The notes beneath the pieces were generated by a model. It saw only the letters and a program-made list of their open reading frames with translations, ran no database searches and was not told the DNA's origin. A stretch of 64,000 bases of DNA from an uncultured virus (IMG/VR IMGVR_UViG_3300020414_000984) (Duplodnaviria > Heunggongvirae > Uroviricota > Caudoviricetes > Crassvirales), in IMG/VR virus record IMGVR_UViG_3300020414_000984, one strand, 5' to 3'. Positions within the stretch are counted from its first letter, which is position 1, and every line of letters begins with the position of its first letter. Shown here one piece after another: positions 55,801 to 64,000 of the stretch. The position numbers and the translations under genes are program-made.

Positions 55801-57847
55801 GAATATATTAGATAATGGTAATGTTGGTATAAATTCTACTTCACCAGAAGAAAAGCTAACTATATCTACTGGTAATGTGCAGTTTAGAAAAACCGCTTCA
55901 GCGGCAAACACTTCATTAGGGTTTTTAGGTTGGAAAAATACATATGCAACAGGCACACACGTAGCAGCTAAAATTGATGTTTTAACTAGAAACGAATCAA
56001 GCAGTGCTCATGACTATACAAATTTAGTTTTTTATACATGGAATGGCTACAATTCTTTATCAGAAAAAATGCGTATTGCAGATGATGGTAACGTAGGTAT
56101 CGGATATGATAACCCTTATAAAAAATTACATCTTCATAATCCTACAGATAGTGGTACCCCTGATTGTCAAATGAATTTTACAACTGGCGTAACTGAAGCT
56201 GGTGATGGTAATGGGTTTAGAGTTGGTTGGAATGGATCAGTTGCTAATATGTATTTGTTTGAAAATGCGGATATGCGTTTTGCTACAAACAATAGTGAAA
56301 GAATGCGTATTAAAGCAGACGGCAAGGTTGGAATAGGAACTACATCCCCTGGGGCTGCATTAGAAGTACGTAGCGACGGTTCCGCAGCTGGAGGAGCAGA
56401 AATTAGACTACAACATGCAAATAATAATAGTACAGATGTAGTTTCTACAGTAAACTTTGCAAATAATGCTGGTTCTGTTGCTATGATACAAGGTGGAACA
56501 ACTGGTGCAAATAATACGGGGTATATTTCTTTCTTTACCGATAATAGTGGAACATCGTCTGAAAAGATGAGAATACTTGGTAATGGTAGAGTTGGAATAG
56601 GTCTTACAACTGTTAAAAAAGATTTAGAAATAGAAATTGATAATAGCAATAATGTAGTAACCACCGGTAACTCACTTCTTGGCGGAGATAGTGGAGCAGG
56701 AGTACTTATACGTAATTCAAATACAACAACGAATAGTTATGCTAACTTAGATTTTAGAGCAAATAATGCTGACGGTAGAATTGCTTACCAATATACAGGG
56801 ACCGCAAATCAAGGTGATTTCCATTTTGTTACTGATAATACCAGCAGTGCAAAATCTTCAATGGTAATAAAAAATGACGGAAAAATTGGAATAGGAACTA
56901 TTAGCCCTGAGTCTCAACTTACAATAAAAGGCGATCCAGGTAATACAAATCAACCAGTTAGAATAACTAATAACGCCACAGATACTCATACAGGTTTATT
57001 TTTAAACGGTACTGGTAATGCGGTTAATGAAAAATACGGATTACAGTTTGGTAATTATAATGAATATTCTATAGGTGGTATATTTGGAGTAATGGATAGC
57101 GTAAGCGGTAGTACTTCGGGTGATATAACTATTGATTTTGGTGACGGAACTTCTGCTGGAGCTTTAGTTGAAAAAGTTAGATTTACTCATGAGGGTCGTG
57201 TTGGTATAGGAACTAACGCCCCGACAAATCCTTTACATGTTAAGAATGGTGATTCAAGCGGTAGTAATACGTATTCATTAATAAAAGTTGAAAATGGAAC
57301 AAACCATGCTGAATTTGGTGCATTATCTGGTTATGCTAGAATTAGGGCTGCTGGTAATGAAATAATGGCTGGCTCTTGGGGCGCAACATATTTTTATAAT
57401 AGTGGTGTTACAGGATTAACATTAACCGGTAATAAAACTGGTGTAGGAACTACTAGTCCTACATATAAATTAAGTGTAGCAGGTGCTATTTCAGGGGCTG
57501 GGTTTGTTACATATACAAAAAGTTATGGATCATTAAATGCAACTGGAAATGCAGTAGCGGGAATAACAGCAAGTGCAAATGGGAATGGTAGTTCATGCGG
57601 ATTTACATTTACGTGCTTTGGCGGCACTGGCAAATACCAAAAAGTAGTGTACTCTTGTTATAACGACCAAGGAACATGGAGAACCAGAAAAGTTATAGAT
57701 GAAGGTACTAATGATTTAGATGTAGCTGCTTCAGCCGATGGCTCTACAATCACATTTACATTTAAAGCAACATCATCAAGCCAAAGTTATACCCCAAGAG
57801 TAAAAGTAGAAGCAGAAGGCCACAATATTAATTCAACTTACGCATAA
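52880..57847 (+). CDS. Long tail fibre 1 (1655 aa)
   Basis: G/T/S/N-rich with repeated G.VGIGT.SP and ATFAG modules. Confidence 0.85.
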   Translation: MAIPFLSPVNTTADIRLPANGKLFLWTGHNDNFLRYNLWQTSASAGMTIKNIASSGDIYFQTNSSTALTLDSNQNVIANAFTGRLQGATTGAPDATIWCVSGEYTNWGIFYNEGTPDKIEFKASGSVTSSITLDNGNISTIGNIVTTTNSAKIQTPRISMEADGTLDWGQARNAGTLTWDSDYAYLKGQVNKGVKIQVNNTTTALTFETDANATFAGSVGVGGSPGAKFDVNAGTTNTVAIFESTDDKAFIILKDDTTSTHLITKDNKFSIGESSTDYDNFKVDITTGDTTIAGDITLSTDADILKAGTNPFRVFTNGTLGLSISASQHATFAGSVTARGIHLGGLGDYITFYGGGETNHSITSRQLDGGTGDDIRVNTYGSFIVNLDSNNNQSAAANSSFFVGRHGGNASGISGTNLLFQIDGATGNVLPGTDSTHDLGTSSNRWANVYADTLHGTVAQANNLQAFDDRDMAPEDMSYSDDLKLFFVEKSGIEGGTVGTNYQDALFISSYVDSSGGNPNLLAFDKSQKKIYHYQASATAASWGTPKELAYTDSVLNLSGGTLQGNIAMGDNDITGLNKITFTDGVELFGSGTNNYLKFKTLSTSNGGILFQDGDNTTQGYLYYDGNATSSFGFLDGTGSWAVRCLENQYVELRYDNSTKLRTASAGVTITGTMEATNDVVGAGDLSIRNVKLNQGNSPTITLGVINSSTGNSKIQFYSKNSGAANGYALQYNKDTGIDRLEFIDGSGNANIKFNNGGAAEFAGSVTATQINTGQGATEVHLMNQNLRTTDDVTFDDLTVTGNLTITGDINSYNVTDLDITDKTITLGKGQDEGHSGGSGLVVDGSGASILWDESNDTWDFNKGVHISGQLMTQALDASASIVQHLRCSDGSNAATFRTTTTGRIFEIRSQNSGSLKFDSTSSTFTGHVNAATGFRMASGQAIDFVSTNIGYNSIERNTSVGGLQINTGDTASMNILDNGNVGINSTSPEEKLTISTGNVQFRKTASAANTSLGFLGWKNTYATGTHVAAKIDVLTRNESSSAHDYTNLVFYTWNGYNSLSEKMRIADDGNVGIGYDNPYKKLHLHNPTDSGTPDCQMNFTTGVTEAGDGNGFRVGWNGSVANMYLFENADMRFATNNSERMRIKADGKVGIGTTSPGAALEVRSDGSAAGGAEIRLQHANNNSTDVVSTVNFANNAGSVAMIQGGTTGANNTGYISFFTDNSGTSSEKMRILGNGRVGIGLTTVKKDLEIEIDNSNNVVTTGNSLLGGDSGAGVLIRNSNTTTNSYANLDFRANNADGRIAYQYTGTANQGDFHFVTDNTSSAKSSMVIKNDGKIGIGTISPESQLTIKGDPGNTNQPVRITNNATDTHTGLFLNGTGNAVNEKYGLQFGNYNEYSIGGIFGVMDSVSGSTSGDITIDFGDGTSAGALVEKVRFTHEGRVGIGTNAPTNPLHVKNGDSSGSNTYSLIKVENGTNHAEFGALSGYARIRAAGNEIMAGSWGATYFYNSGVTGLTLTGNKTGVGTTSPTYKLSVAGAISGAGFVTYTKSYGSLNATGNAVAGITASANGNGSSCGFTFTCFGGTGKYQKVVYSCYNDQGTWRTRKVIDEGTNDLDVAASADGSTITFTFKATSSSQSYTPRVKVEAEGHNINSTYA

Positions 57848-57850
57848 GAT

Positions 57851-60800
57851 ATGGCACAAATTAAAAAGTTATCAACTGAATTACAAGTAAAAGATAAATT
57901 ACTAGATACAAGCGGAGATGCGGGAACCAGTGGACAAATATTAAGTTCTACAGGTACTGGTACTAATTGGATTACATTTAGTGGTGCAACAGCATCTAAT
58001 GGGGCTAATACAAGAGTGGCGTTTTTTACTGGTAGTACTACTATTCAAGGGTCTACTGGTCTTTATTGGAATAATAGCGATAATAAATTAGGAATTGCAA
58101 CTAGTACTCCATCTAGAACTCTACATGTTGGTGGAGCTGGTGGTTCTAGTGGAGGTATAATGATTTCTCCAACATCAGGTGATGCTGAAATACAATTTCA
58201 AGACTCAGGAACTACTAACGCATATATTACATTAGATGATGGTACTCATGATTTAAATTTTAGAGATGATTCAGCTACTGTAATGACCGTTGATTTTGCA
58301 AGCGAAAGAGTAGGTGTAGGAAATACAAATCCTCAATATACGTTAGATGTTGCTGGTGTTATAAAAGGAACAAGCTCAATAAGAGTAGACGCTGGTTCAC
58401 CATACTTTGGTTTATATAATTCTGGTACAGAAAAAGCATATTTACAATGGACCCAAACTAGTTCTCTTTTAACTTTACAATCAGATGGTGCTATTGATTA
58501 TAAAAGTGGTGGTTTACAAAAATGGACTATTAGTGGAAATCAAAAAATGACATTAAACACTGATGGATATTTAGGAATAGGTACTTCAACTCCTACTGGA
58601 GTATTAGACGTTTTATCTACAGACTCTCAAAGATATGCTAGGTTTAGAGCCCCTAATGGTGAAGAAAGATTTCAATTTTACATTGGAAGTACTGGTAACG
58701 GAGCTAGATTATCAATGTTCGATCAGGACGGTACTACGGAAGGCGCAAGAATATCATCAACTGGTAATTCATATTTAAATAATAACAGTAAACTTGGTAT
58801 AAACACTAATTCACCAACTGCACCATTAGATGTGTTAGGTGTTAGAGCAGGTAGAGGTTGGGCTATTAATGATAGAGCAAATATTAGACTTGACTCAAAC
58901 GGAACAGGCGTTCCGGCAGATATATTATTTGGACATACAGCCGCTGCAAATCAAACAAGTTGGACAGGCGTTTATTGGGCATTAAGTTCTAGAGGAACAG
59001 CCGATGGCAACAAATTCCATTTTTATAGAGGAGGCGGAAATCCAGGAGGTAACGAGGCGGTTGCTATGACTATAGCCTCCGACTTAAAAATAGGGATTGG
59101 TACTACTTCCCCTAATGAAGAATTACATATCAGAGCAACAGCGGCGGATTTAAGATTAGAAAGTACAGGTGCTAACCAAGCTTCTAGATATATTTTACAA
59201 ACAGATGACCGACAATGGCGCATAGGTACGCATGGTGGTCAATCTGACAACTTGTGGTTTTATGATGCTACTGCGGCAGCTTATAGAATGGCTATAACCA
59301 CTGCTGGTAATATCGGTATAGGAACTGTTAGCCCAGGGTATAAATTAGAAGTTGCTGATGATACAGATGGTACAGCAAATTTATTAATGTTAAGAAATTC
59401 TGATTCCACATATGCTCAAACTTGGGCATTCCAATCAGATACAGCTAAAGATTTAGTAATTACAGGGTCAAGTGGTGCTGGTGGATTTAAATTTGTCCCA
59501 GGATCAAGAGGTTCAACTTTTTCAGGTGATGTAACAACTTCAGGTAATATATATTTAAACAATAATAAAACTATTTTTGGTAAAAATACCAGTGGTTCTA
59601 ATTATGGATTATTAACTATAACTAGTGGAAATGTTGTTAAATTAGGCGCTTATGCATATACAAGTGCAGCTACGCAAATTGGTTTAGGAGATAATGGTAA
59701 GTTTTTAATTGGTACAGAAGAGGCACTTTCTATTAATAATTCTAAAAATGCAACTTTTGCTGGCAGTATAACTGCTACTGATTTAACATTGACGGGTAAT
59801 TTAAATATTTACGGTGATATAAACACACAAAATGTAACTAATTTAGATGTAACAGATAAAACAATAACAGTAGCAAAAGGTGCCACTGATTCAGCTGCCG
59901 CTGATGAAGCCGGATTAGTTGTAGATGGGGCTAGTGCTTCAATATTATACGATCATACTGGTACAAAATGGAAAATTAATAAAATTACTGAAATTATTCC
60001 TTCTGGCCAAACTCGTGGAATAATTGTAGATACTGTTAGTGGATATGGTAGAATAGGATCGACCAACAGCTCTTTATTTATAGGAGGAGGAAGTACTTCA
60101 GAAATACAAGCACAGAATAATTTTATTCCAGATGGTGATAGCGTTAGAGCATTAGGTGCTTCAAATAGATATTGGTCTCATGGTTATATAGACGCAATAA
60201 CAACAACTGGTAATATTACAGTTGGAGGTACGGTAACTACTGATGGTACTTTAACGGTTGATGGTGGTGGTAGCAGTAGTGTTTTATTAAAAACTAAAGG
60301 TAGCGCAAGAATTGCTTTAGAAAACGCTAATGCAACAGATAGTTTTTATCTTAGTAATACAGGAGGTAATGGCGCTTCAGTTTTAGACTTAGGCGGAGCT
60401 TTAAGTCTTGAGGAAAATGGTAATGCAACTTTTACAGGAACTATATCAACAACTGGAATAGTTAGTACTTTAAGAGATAGTGTATTAATAAGTTATTCTG
60501 GTAATGACGGAAATAACAATGATGCTGGGTTAAAAATAATGAATGATGGCAACGATTGGGGTGCCTATATTAGAAAAAGCAGCAATGGTAATTATGGTTT
60601 AAGAATTGACTCAGGCGGAAATCATGCATTATCTATATATTCAACTACTGGTGGTTCAACAAGAGTATTTGGTGTTAATGGTTCTAATGGAGATACAACT
60701 TTAGGTGCTTTAACATCAGCTGGTAACGGAGCTTTTACAGGTTATGTTTCGGCAACACATTTTAGACCTACAAATATTGTAACAAATAAAGTTGTTAAAT

Positions 60801-63475
60801 TTAATGGTACACAATTAGACGACTCTACTATTACAGACACTGGTTCTGCGATTACATTGGGTTCTGCAACAACAATTAGTAATAAACTTTTTGTTGACGG
60901 TGGATATGGAGTGCAAAAAGGAACATATGCTGAAAGAACTTTTACATCAGGTTATTTTGCAAATGGAACATCTAATCTAGGTATACTTCTAGAATTACAA
61001 AATGTTGCAATACAGGGTATGCTTAAAATAACTTTATCTGGTAGTTATTCTCATCAAAATATAACAGGTGAGCTTGAAGTTATAATACCTTTTGGTTTTA
61101 ATCCTGGATCAGGAACTAGTAATGGTATTTGGGGTAATGGTCAAAATAAAGCAATTAGAGCAACAGGTGGAATAGCAGATGCATTTACTATCGGTGATTT
61201 AGCGTGGAGTTCTTCAACGCAAAGACATTATATACCTATATATAAAATAAATTCGCATGGTAACTCTGTAAAGGTTAGAGTACAATATTTTGGTGGTAAT
61301 GCTTCTCAAATTGAAAACTTTAATTTAACATCACCAGCTGCAATAACAATACCAACAGAATATCAAACAAAACATAAATCAATAACACAAGGAGATTTAG
61401 ATTTAAAAGGTGAGTTATATATACCAGGATATATAAATCATACTGGCGATTCTGGTACAGCAATTGGATTTGAGGATAACGATGTTATAAGATTTAAAAC
61501 AGCCAGCTCAACAGCAATGCAAATTGATTCAAGTCAAAATGTAAAAGTTGTAGCCGGTAGTTTATCTATTAGTGGTGATAACGATAACTTTGTAAGCTTT
61601 ACAGAAACTGGTGCTGGTAAAATGACTATTGCCGCTCCTGACGACATAGTATTAGATGCTGAAAGTGATATAATTTTAGATGCAAATGGTGCAGATGTTC
61701 GTTTAAAAAGAGGCGGAACAGAATATGCTGTATTAAGACATAATAATACAGGTTTAAATATTCAAACTTCAGAAACAAACTCCAGCATTTACTTATGGCC
61801 TAATGGAACGGGTAATGTATATGCACTTACAGACACGTTTATTGTAACTTCAGCAGAAGGTGAAGCCGCAAAAATATTATTAAGAACAGATGAGGGTGAT
61901 GATAATGGAGATGATTGGTACATAGAAAACAACACTAATAATAGTTTATTATTTACAAATGATAAAACAGGTTCACAACTAGCAAATTTAACATTAGCAC
62001 CACAAGGGCCTTCAAATAGCGCTATAGCAACTTTTGCAGGTAATGTAGTTGCTGGAAATAGATTTGAAGCCGCGGTTGGAAGCGCGGGTGCCCCAACATA
62101 TACTTTTACTGGTAAAACCGACACTGGTATGTATGCTCGTGATCATAGTAGTAATGATAGATTAGGATTTTCAATAGATGGCACAGAAAGAGCTTATATA
62201 GATGCAAATGGTATTACTTCGATGGGTAACTTTTATGCGCCATCAGGTAATTCGTTTAGAAATTACAGTGGTGTTTGGGCTGCTACAACGGGTACGAGTG
62301 GTAATGGATTTACATTTGCTAACACAGCGGACAACAGCGGTGCTGTATTACTAAGCATTACATCTGACTCTTCTGCGGCTTCAGCTTCAGTTGCTACTTT
62401 TGCAGGTGATATGCAAGCCGCAAGAGTATATGTAGGCTCCACAAACACAAGTTATGATTTTTACAATAATGGAACTAGCTATTTAAATGGTAATGTAACA
62501 GTAGATGCTGCATTTACACAAACAGGCGGAGCTGCATTAACTTTTTCAGGTGATGTAAATATGTCAACAGGTAAATCAGTTTATATTAGTGGCACATCAG
62601 GACTAAGACTTATACATGATGGTACAAATGGTCATGTTATTTCTGGTACTGGACAACTTAAAATAACTAACGGTGCTCAAGATGAAGATATAATATTTAG
62701 AGGCAACGATAATGGCAGTTCTTTTACAGCTCTTACTTTAGATATGTCAGAAGCCGGTTATGCAATATTTAATAGTACTGTTAAAGCGCCTACACTTACA
62801 GGAGCCAATAATTTAGGCGCAACAGTATATACAATAGATTCAACAGGGGTTGTATTACATCCAACTGGGTCTGTTGTTAGAGCTGGTACTGGTACTAAAG
62901 GTGCGCCATCATTTAGTTTTGCAGGTGACTCAAATACAGGAATGTACTCAGATTCTTCTGATACATTAAAATTTACTGCAGGTGGAAATAATATGTTACA
63001 GGTAAACGTGGATGCAGGAAAAGTAGGAGTTGTTGGTAGTTTAAAAGTATCTTCAAATATTGAAGATAGAAACATACCTTGTTTATTTAATAGCAATTTT
63101 GAAGACGCTTATGGCACTAGTATTGTAGTAGTTCCTTTTAACAATAATACAGAAAATAACGTTTCAACTAGAACTTATAATCATAATTTAACTATGCCTT
63201 ATGCTGGTAAGTTAACAAAAATAGTTATGAAGCACGTTAGCGGAAGTTTAAGTAGTGGGTTTACAACACAATTATTCTTGTATGTAAATGGTTCCCAGCA
63301 AGCAAGTAGTAGTGAAATAAGTTTGTCAAGCAGTTCTGTAACATGGACACCAACATCAAACAACACATTTTCAGCTGGGGATGTGCTTACTTTTGCTTAT
63401 CAAAAAAGTGCTATAAAAACATTTGGAGGCGTTTCATTTGGAGTAGCAATAGAATTAACAGATTACGATATATAA
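57851..63475 (+). CDS. Long tail fibre 2 (1874 aa)
   Basis: Same modules plus APSFSF.GD.NTGMY repeats; C-terminal beta-sandwich. Confidence 0.85.
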   Translation: MAQIKKLSTELQVKDKLLDTSGDAGTSGQILSSTGTGTNWITFSGATASNGANTRVAFFTGSTTIQGSTGLYWNNSDNKLGIATSTPSRTLHVGGAGGSSGGIMISPTSGDAEIQFQDSGTTNAYITLDDGTHDLNFRDDSATVMTVDFASERVGVGNTNPQYTLDVAGVIKGTSSIRVDAGSPYFGLYNSGTEKAYLQWTQTSSLLTLQSDGAIDYKSGGLQKWTISGNQKMTLNTDGYLGIGTSTPTGVLDVLSTDSQRYARFRAPNGEERFQFYIGSTGNGARLSMFDQDGTTEGARISSTGNSYLNNNSKLGINTNSPTAPLDVLGVRAGRGWAINDRANIRLDSNGTGVPADILFGHTAAANQTSWTGVYWALSSRGTADGNKFHFYRGGGNPGGNEAVAMTIASDLKIGIGTTSPNEELHIRATAADLRLESTGANQASRYILQTDDRQWRIGTHGGQSDNLWFYDATAAAYRMAITTAGNIGIGTVSPGYKLEVADDTDGTANLLMLRNSDSTYAQTWAFQSDTAKDLVITGSSGAGGFKFVPGSRGSTFSGDVTTSGNIYLNNNKTIFGKNTSGSNYGLLTITSGNVVKLGAYAYTSAATQIGLGDNGKFLIGTEEALSINNSKNATFAGSITATDLTLTGNLNIYGDINTQNVTNLDVTDKTITVAKGATDSAAADEAGLVVDGASASILYDHTGTKWKINKITEIIPSGQTRGIIVDTVSGYGRIGSTNSSLFIGGGSTSEIQAQNNFIPDGDSVRALGASNRYWSHGYIDAITTTGNITVGGTVTTDGTLTVDGGGSSSVLLKTKGSARIALENANATDSFYLSNTGGNGASVLDLGGALSLEENGNATFTGTISTTGIVSTLRDSVLISYSGNDGNNNDAGLKIMNDGNDWGAYIRKSSNGNYGLRIDSGGNHALSIYSTTGGSTRVFGVNGSNGDTTLGALTSAGNGAFTGYVSATHFRPTNIVTNKVVKFNGTQLDDSTITDTGSAITLGSATTISNKLFVDGGYGVQKGTYAERTFTSGYFANGTSNLGILLELQNVAIQGMLKITLSGSYSHQNITGELEVIIPFGFNPGSGTSNGIWGNGQNKAIRATGGIADAFTIGDLAWSSSTQRHYIPIYKINSHGNSVKVRVQYFGGNASQIENFNLTSPAAITIPTEYQTKHKSITQGDLDLKGELYIPGYINHTGDSGTAIGFEDNDVIRFKTASSTAMQIDSSQNVKVVAGSLSISGDNDNFVSFTETGAGKMTIAAPDDIVLDAESDIILDANGADVRLKRGGTEYAVLRHNNTGLNIQTSETNSSIYLWPNGTGNVYALTDTFIVTSAEGEAAKILLRTDEGDDNGDDWYIENNTNNSLLFTNDKTGSQLANLTLAPQGPSNSAIATFAGNVVAGNRFEAAVGSAGAPTYTFTGKTDTGMYARDHSSNDRLGFSIDGTERAYIDANGITSMGNFYAPSGNSFRNYSGVWAATTGTSGNGFTFANTADNSGAVLLSITSDSSAASASVATFAGDMQAARVYVGSTNTSYDFYNNGTSYLNGNVTVDAAFTQTGGAALTFSGDVNMSTGKSVYISGTSGLRLIHDGTNGHVISGTGQLKITNGAQDEDIIFRGNDNGSSFTALTLDMSEAGYAIFNSTVKAPTLTGANNLGATVYTIDSTGVVLHPTGSVVRAGTGTKGAPSFSFAGDSNTGMYSDSSDTLKFTAGGNNMLQVNVDAGKVGVVGSLKVSSNIEDRNIPCLFNSNFEDAYGTSIVVVPFNNNTENNVSTRTYNHNLTMPYAGKLTKIVMKHVSGSLSSGFTTQLFLYVNGSQQASSSEISLSSSSVTWTPTSNNTFSAGDVLTFAYQKSAIKTFGGVSFGVAIELTDYDI

Positions 63476-63476
63476 T

Positions 63477-63971
63477 ATGGGATATTTTGAAAACATAAAC
63501 AAAAACGATTTAAATCTTTTAACCGATGGGGAGGTAAGATATGTAAATGGAGCATATACATTAGTTCCTTGGATGGAAGGGTTGGATGATGCCATATATC
63601 AAGGGTGTATTGATGATTTATTAAAAATGAATTGGGCACATTACAAATTATATTTAGTTGGTGGTCTTTTACAAGGTTGGAAAACAACTGATATAGATAT
63701 TTGTATAACTGGTGAAATTGATGAAAACTTACCAATTTTAATGAAAGCAGCAATGGAGTTAGGCCCATTTGATATGTATTATGTAAAGTCTTTAGACGAT
63801 ATAAAAGGATCAGGCAATAGAATATGGGAATTTGCAAAACCAGACTGTAAAGCACATGAAGGAGCACAAAGATGGCATGGCCAATGGAAATCTGATGGTA
63901 TGTTCTGGATGACTGAAAAATTTGATCCTAAGGGCAGAACTTACGATAAAGAACCTTTAGCATTAAATTAA
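63477..63971 (+). CDS. Nucleotidyltransferase (Pol-beta superfamily)-like protein
   Basis: LYLVGG...TTDIDICI followed by a third Asp in FDMYY. Confidence 0.65.
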   Translation: MGYFENINKNDLNLLTDGEVRYVNGAYTLVPWMEGLDDAIYQGCIDDLLKMNWAHYKLYLVGGLLQGWKTTDIDICITGEIDENLPILMKAAMELGPFDMYYVKSLDDIKGSGNRIWEFAKPDCKAHEGAQRWHGQWKSDGMFWMTEKFDPKGRTYDKEPLALN

Positions 63972-63991
63972 TAAAGTAAAAATTACGTAAA

Positions 63992-64000
63992 ATACGTAAT
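63992..64000 (+). promoter_or_regulatory. Putative late promoter (AYANGTRAT), cut by the window end
   Basis: atacGTAAT after the 63971 stop. Confidence 0.35.

Noticed and set aside
52880..63475. Diversity-generating retroelement or invertible fibre cassette
   Set aside because: No reverse transcriptase or invertase, no TR/VR pair differing at adenines, and no inverted cassettes were seen
1..64000. Stop-codon reassignment as in some crAss-like phages
   Set aside because: Genes are full length in the standard code, TAG and TGA act as normal stops, and there is no suppressor tRNA
1..64000. Prophage or lysogeny module
   Set aside because: No integrase, repressor pair, att site or host genes in the window

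Overview
AT-rich (about 30% GC by eye) dsDNA tailed-phage genome segment. It is most likely a podovirus of marine Bacteroidetes/Flavobacteriia with a crAss/Cellulophaga-phage-like structural module. The host is inferred from the lack of Shine-Dalgarno sequences, A-rich start contexts and signal peptides followed by Gln. There are three blocks. (1) 1-27.8 kb, + strand: terminase, portal, scaffold, capsid, tail ring and muzzle proteins, ejection proteins including a 2114-aa polyvalent protein, an envelope module and lysis genes. (2) 27.8-44.1 kb, - strand: early and replication genes (RNR, ThyA-like, MazG, primase-helicase, ERF, exonuclease, sigma factor, HTH protein, UV glycosylase, tRNA-fMet, small ORFs), with no DNA polymerase. 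(3) 44.4-64 kb, + strand: GroEL/GroES, small virion-type proteins, a holin, tail fibres and a nucleotidyltransferase. The main hypothesis is a two-step sigma cascade. A sigma70 region-2-like domain in the giant ejected protein would read six non-host-type early promoters (TACAGACTAAACACGA-N8-TGGATAAT). A free-standing phage sigma would then read AYANGTRAT promoters, several probably leaderless. Other highlights: a ThyA carrying the Asn-to-Asp dCMP-specificity switch; an OM beta-barrel / CxxC-less thioredoxin / CxxC micropeptide module; a ~200-nt structured RNA next to the tRNA; a TGACA...TGTCA operator/origin element; a GC-rich island inside terL; and a probable -1 frameshift at a G7 run. All protein calls come from motif recognition by eye, with no database searches.
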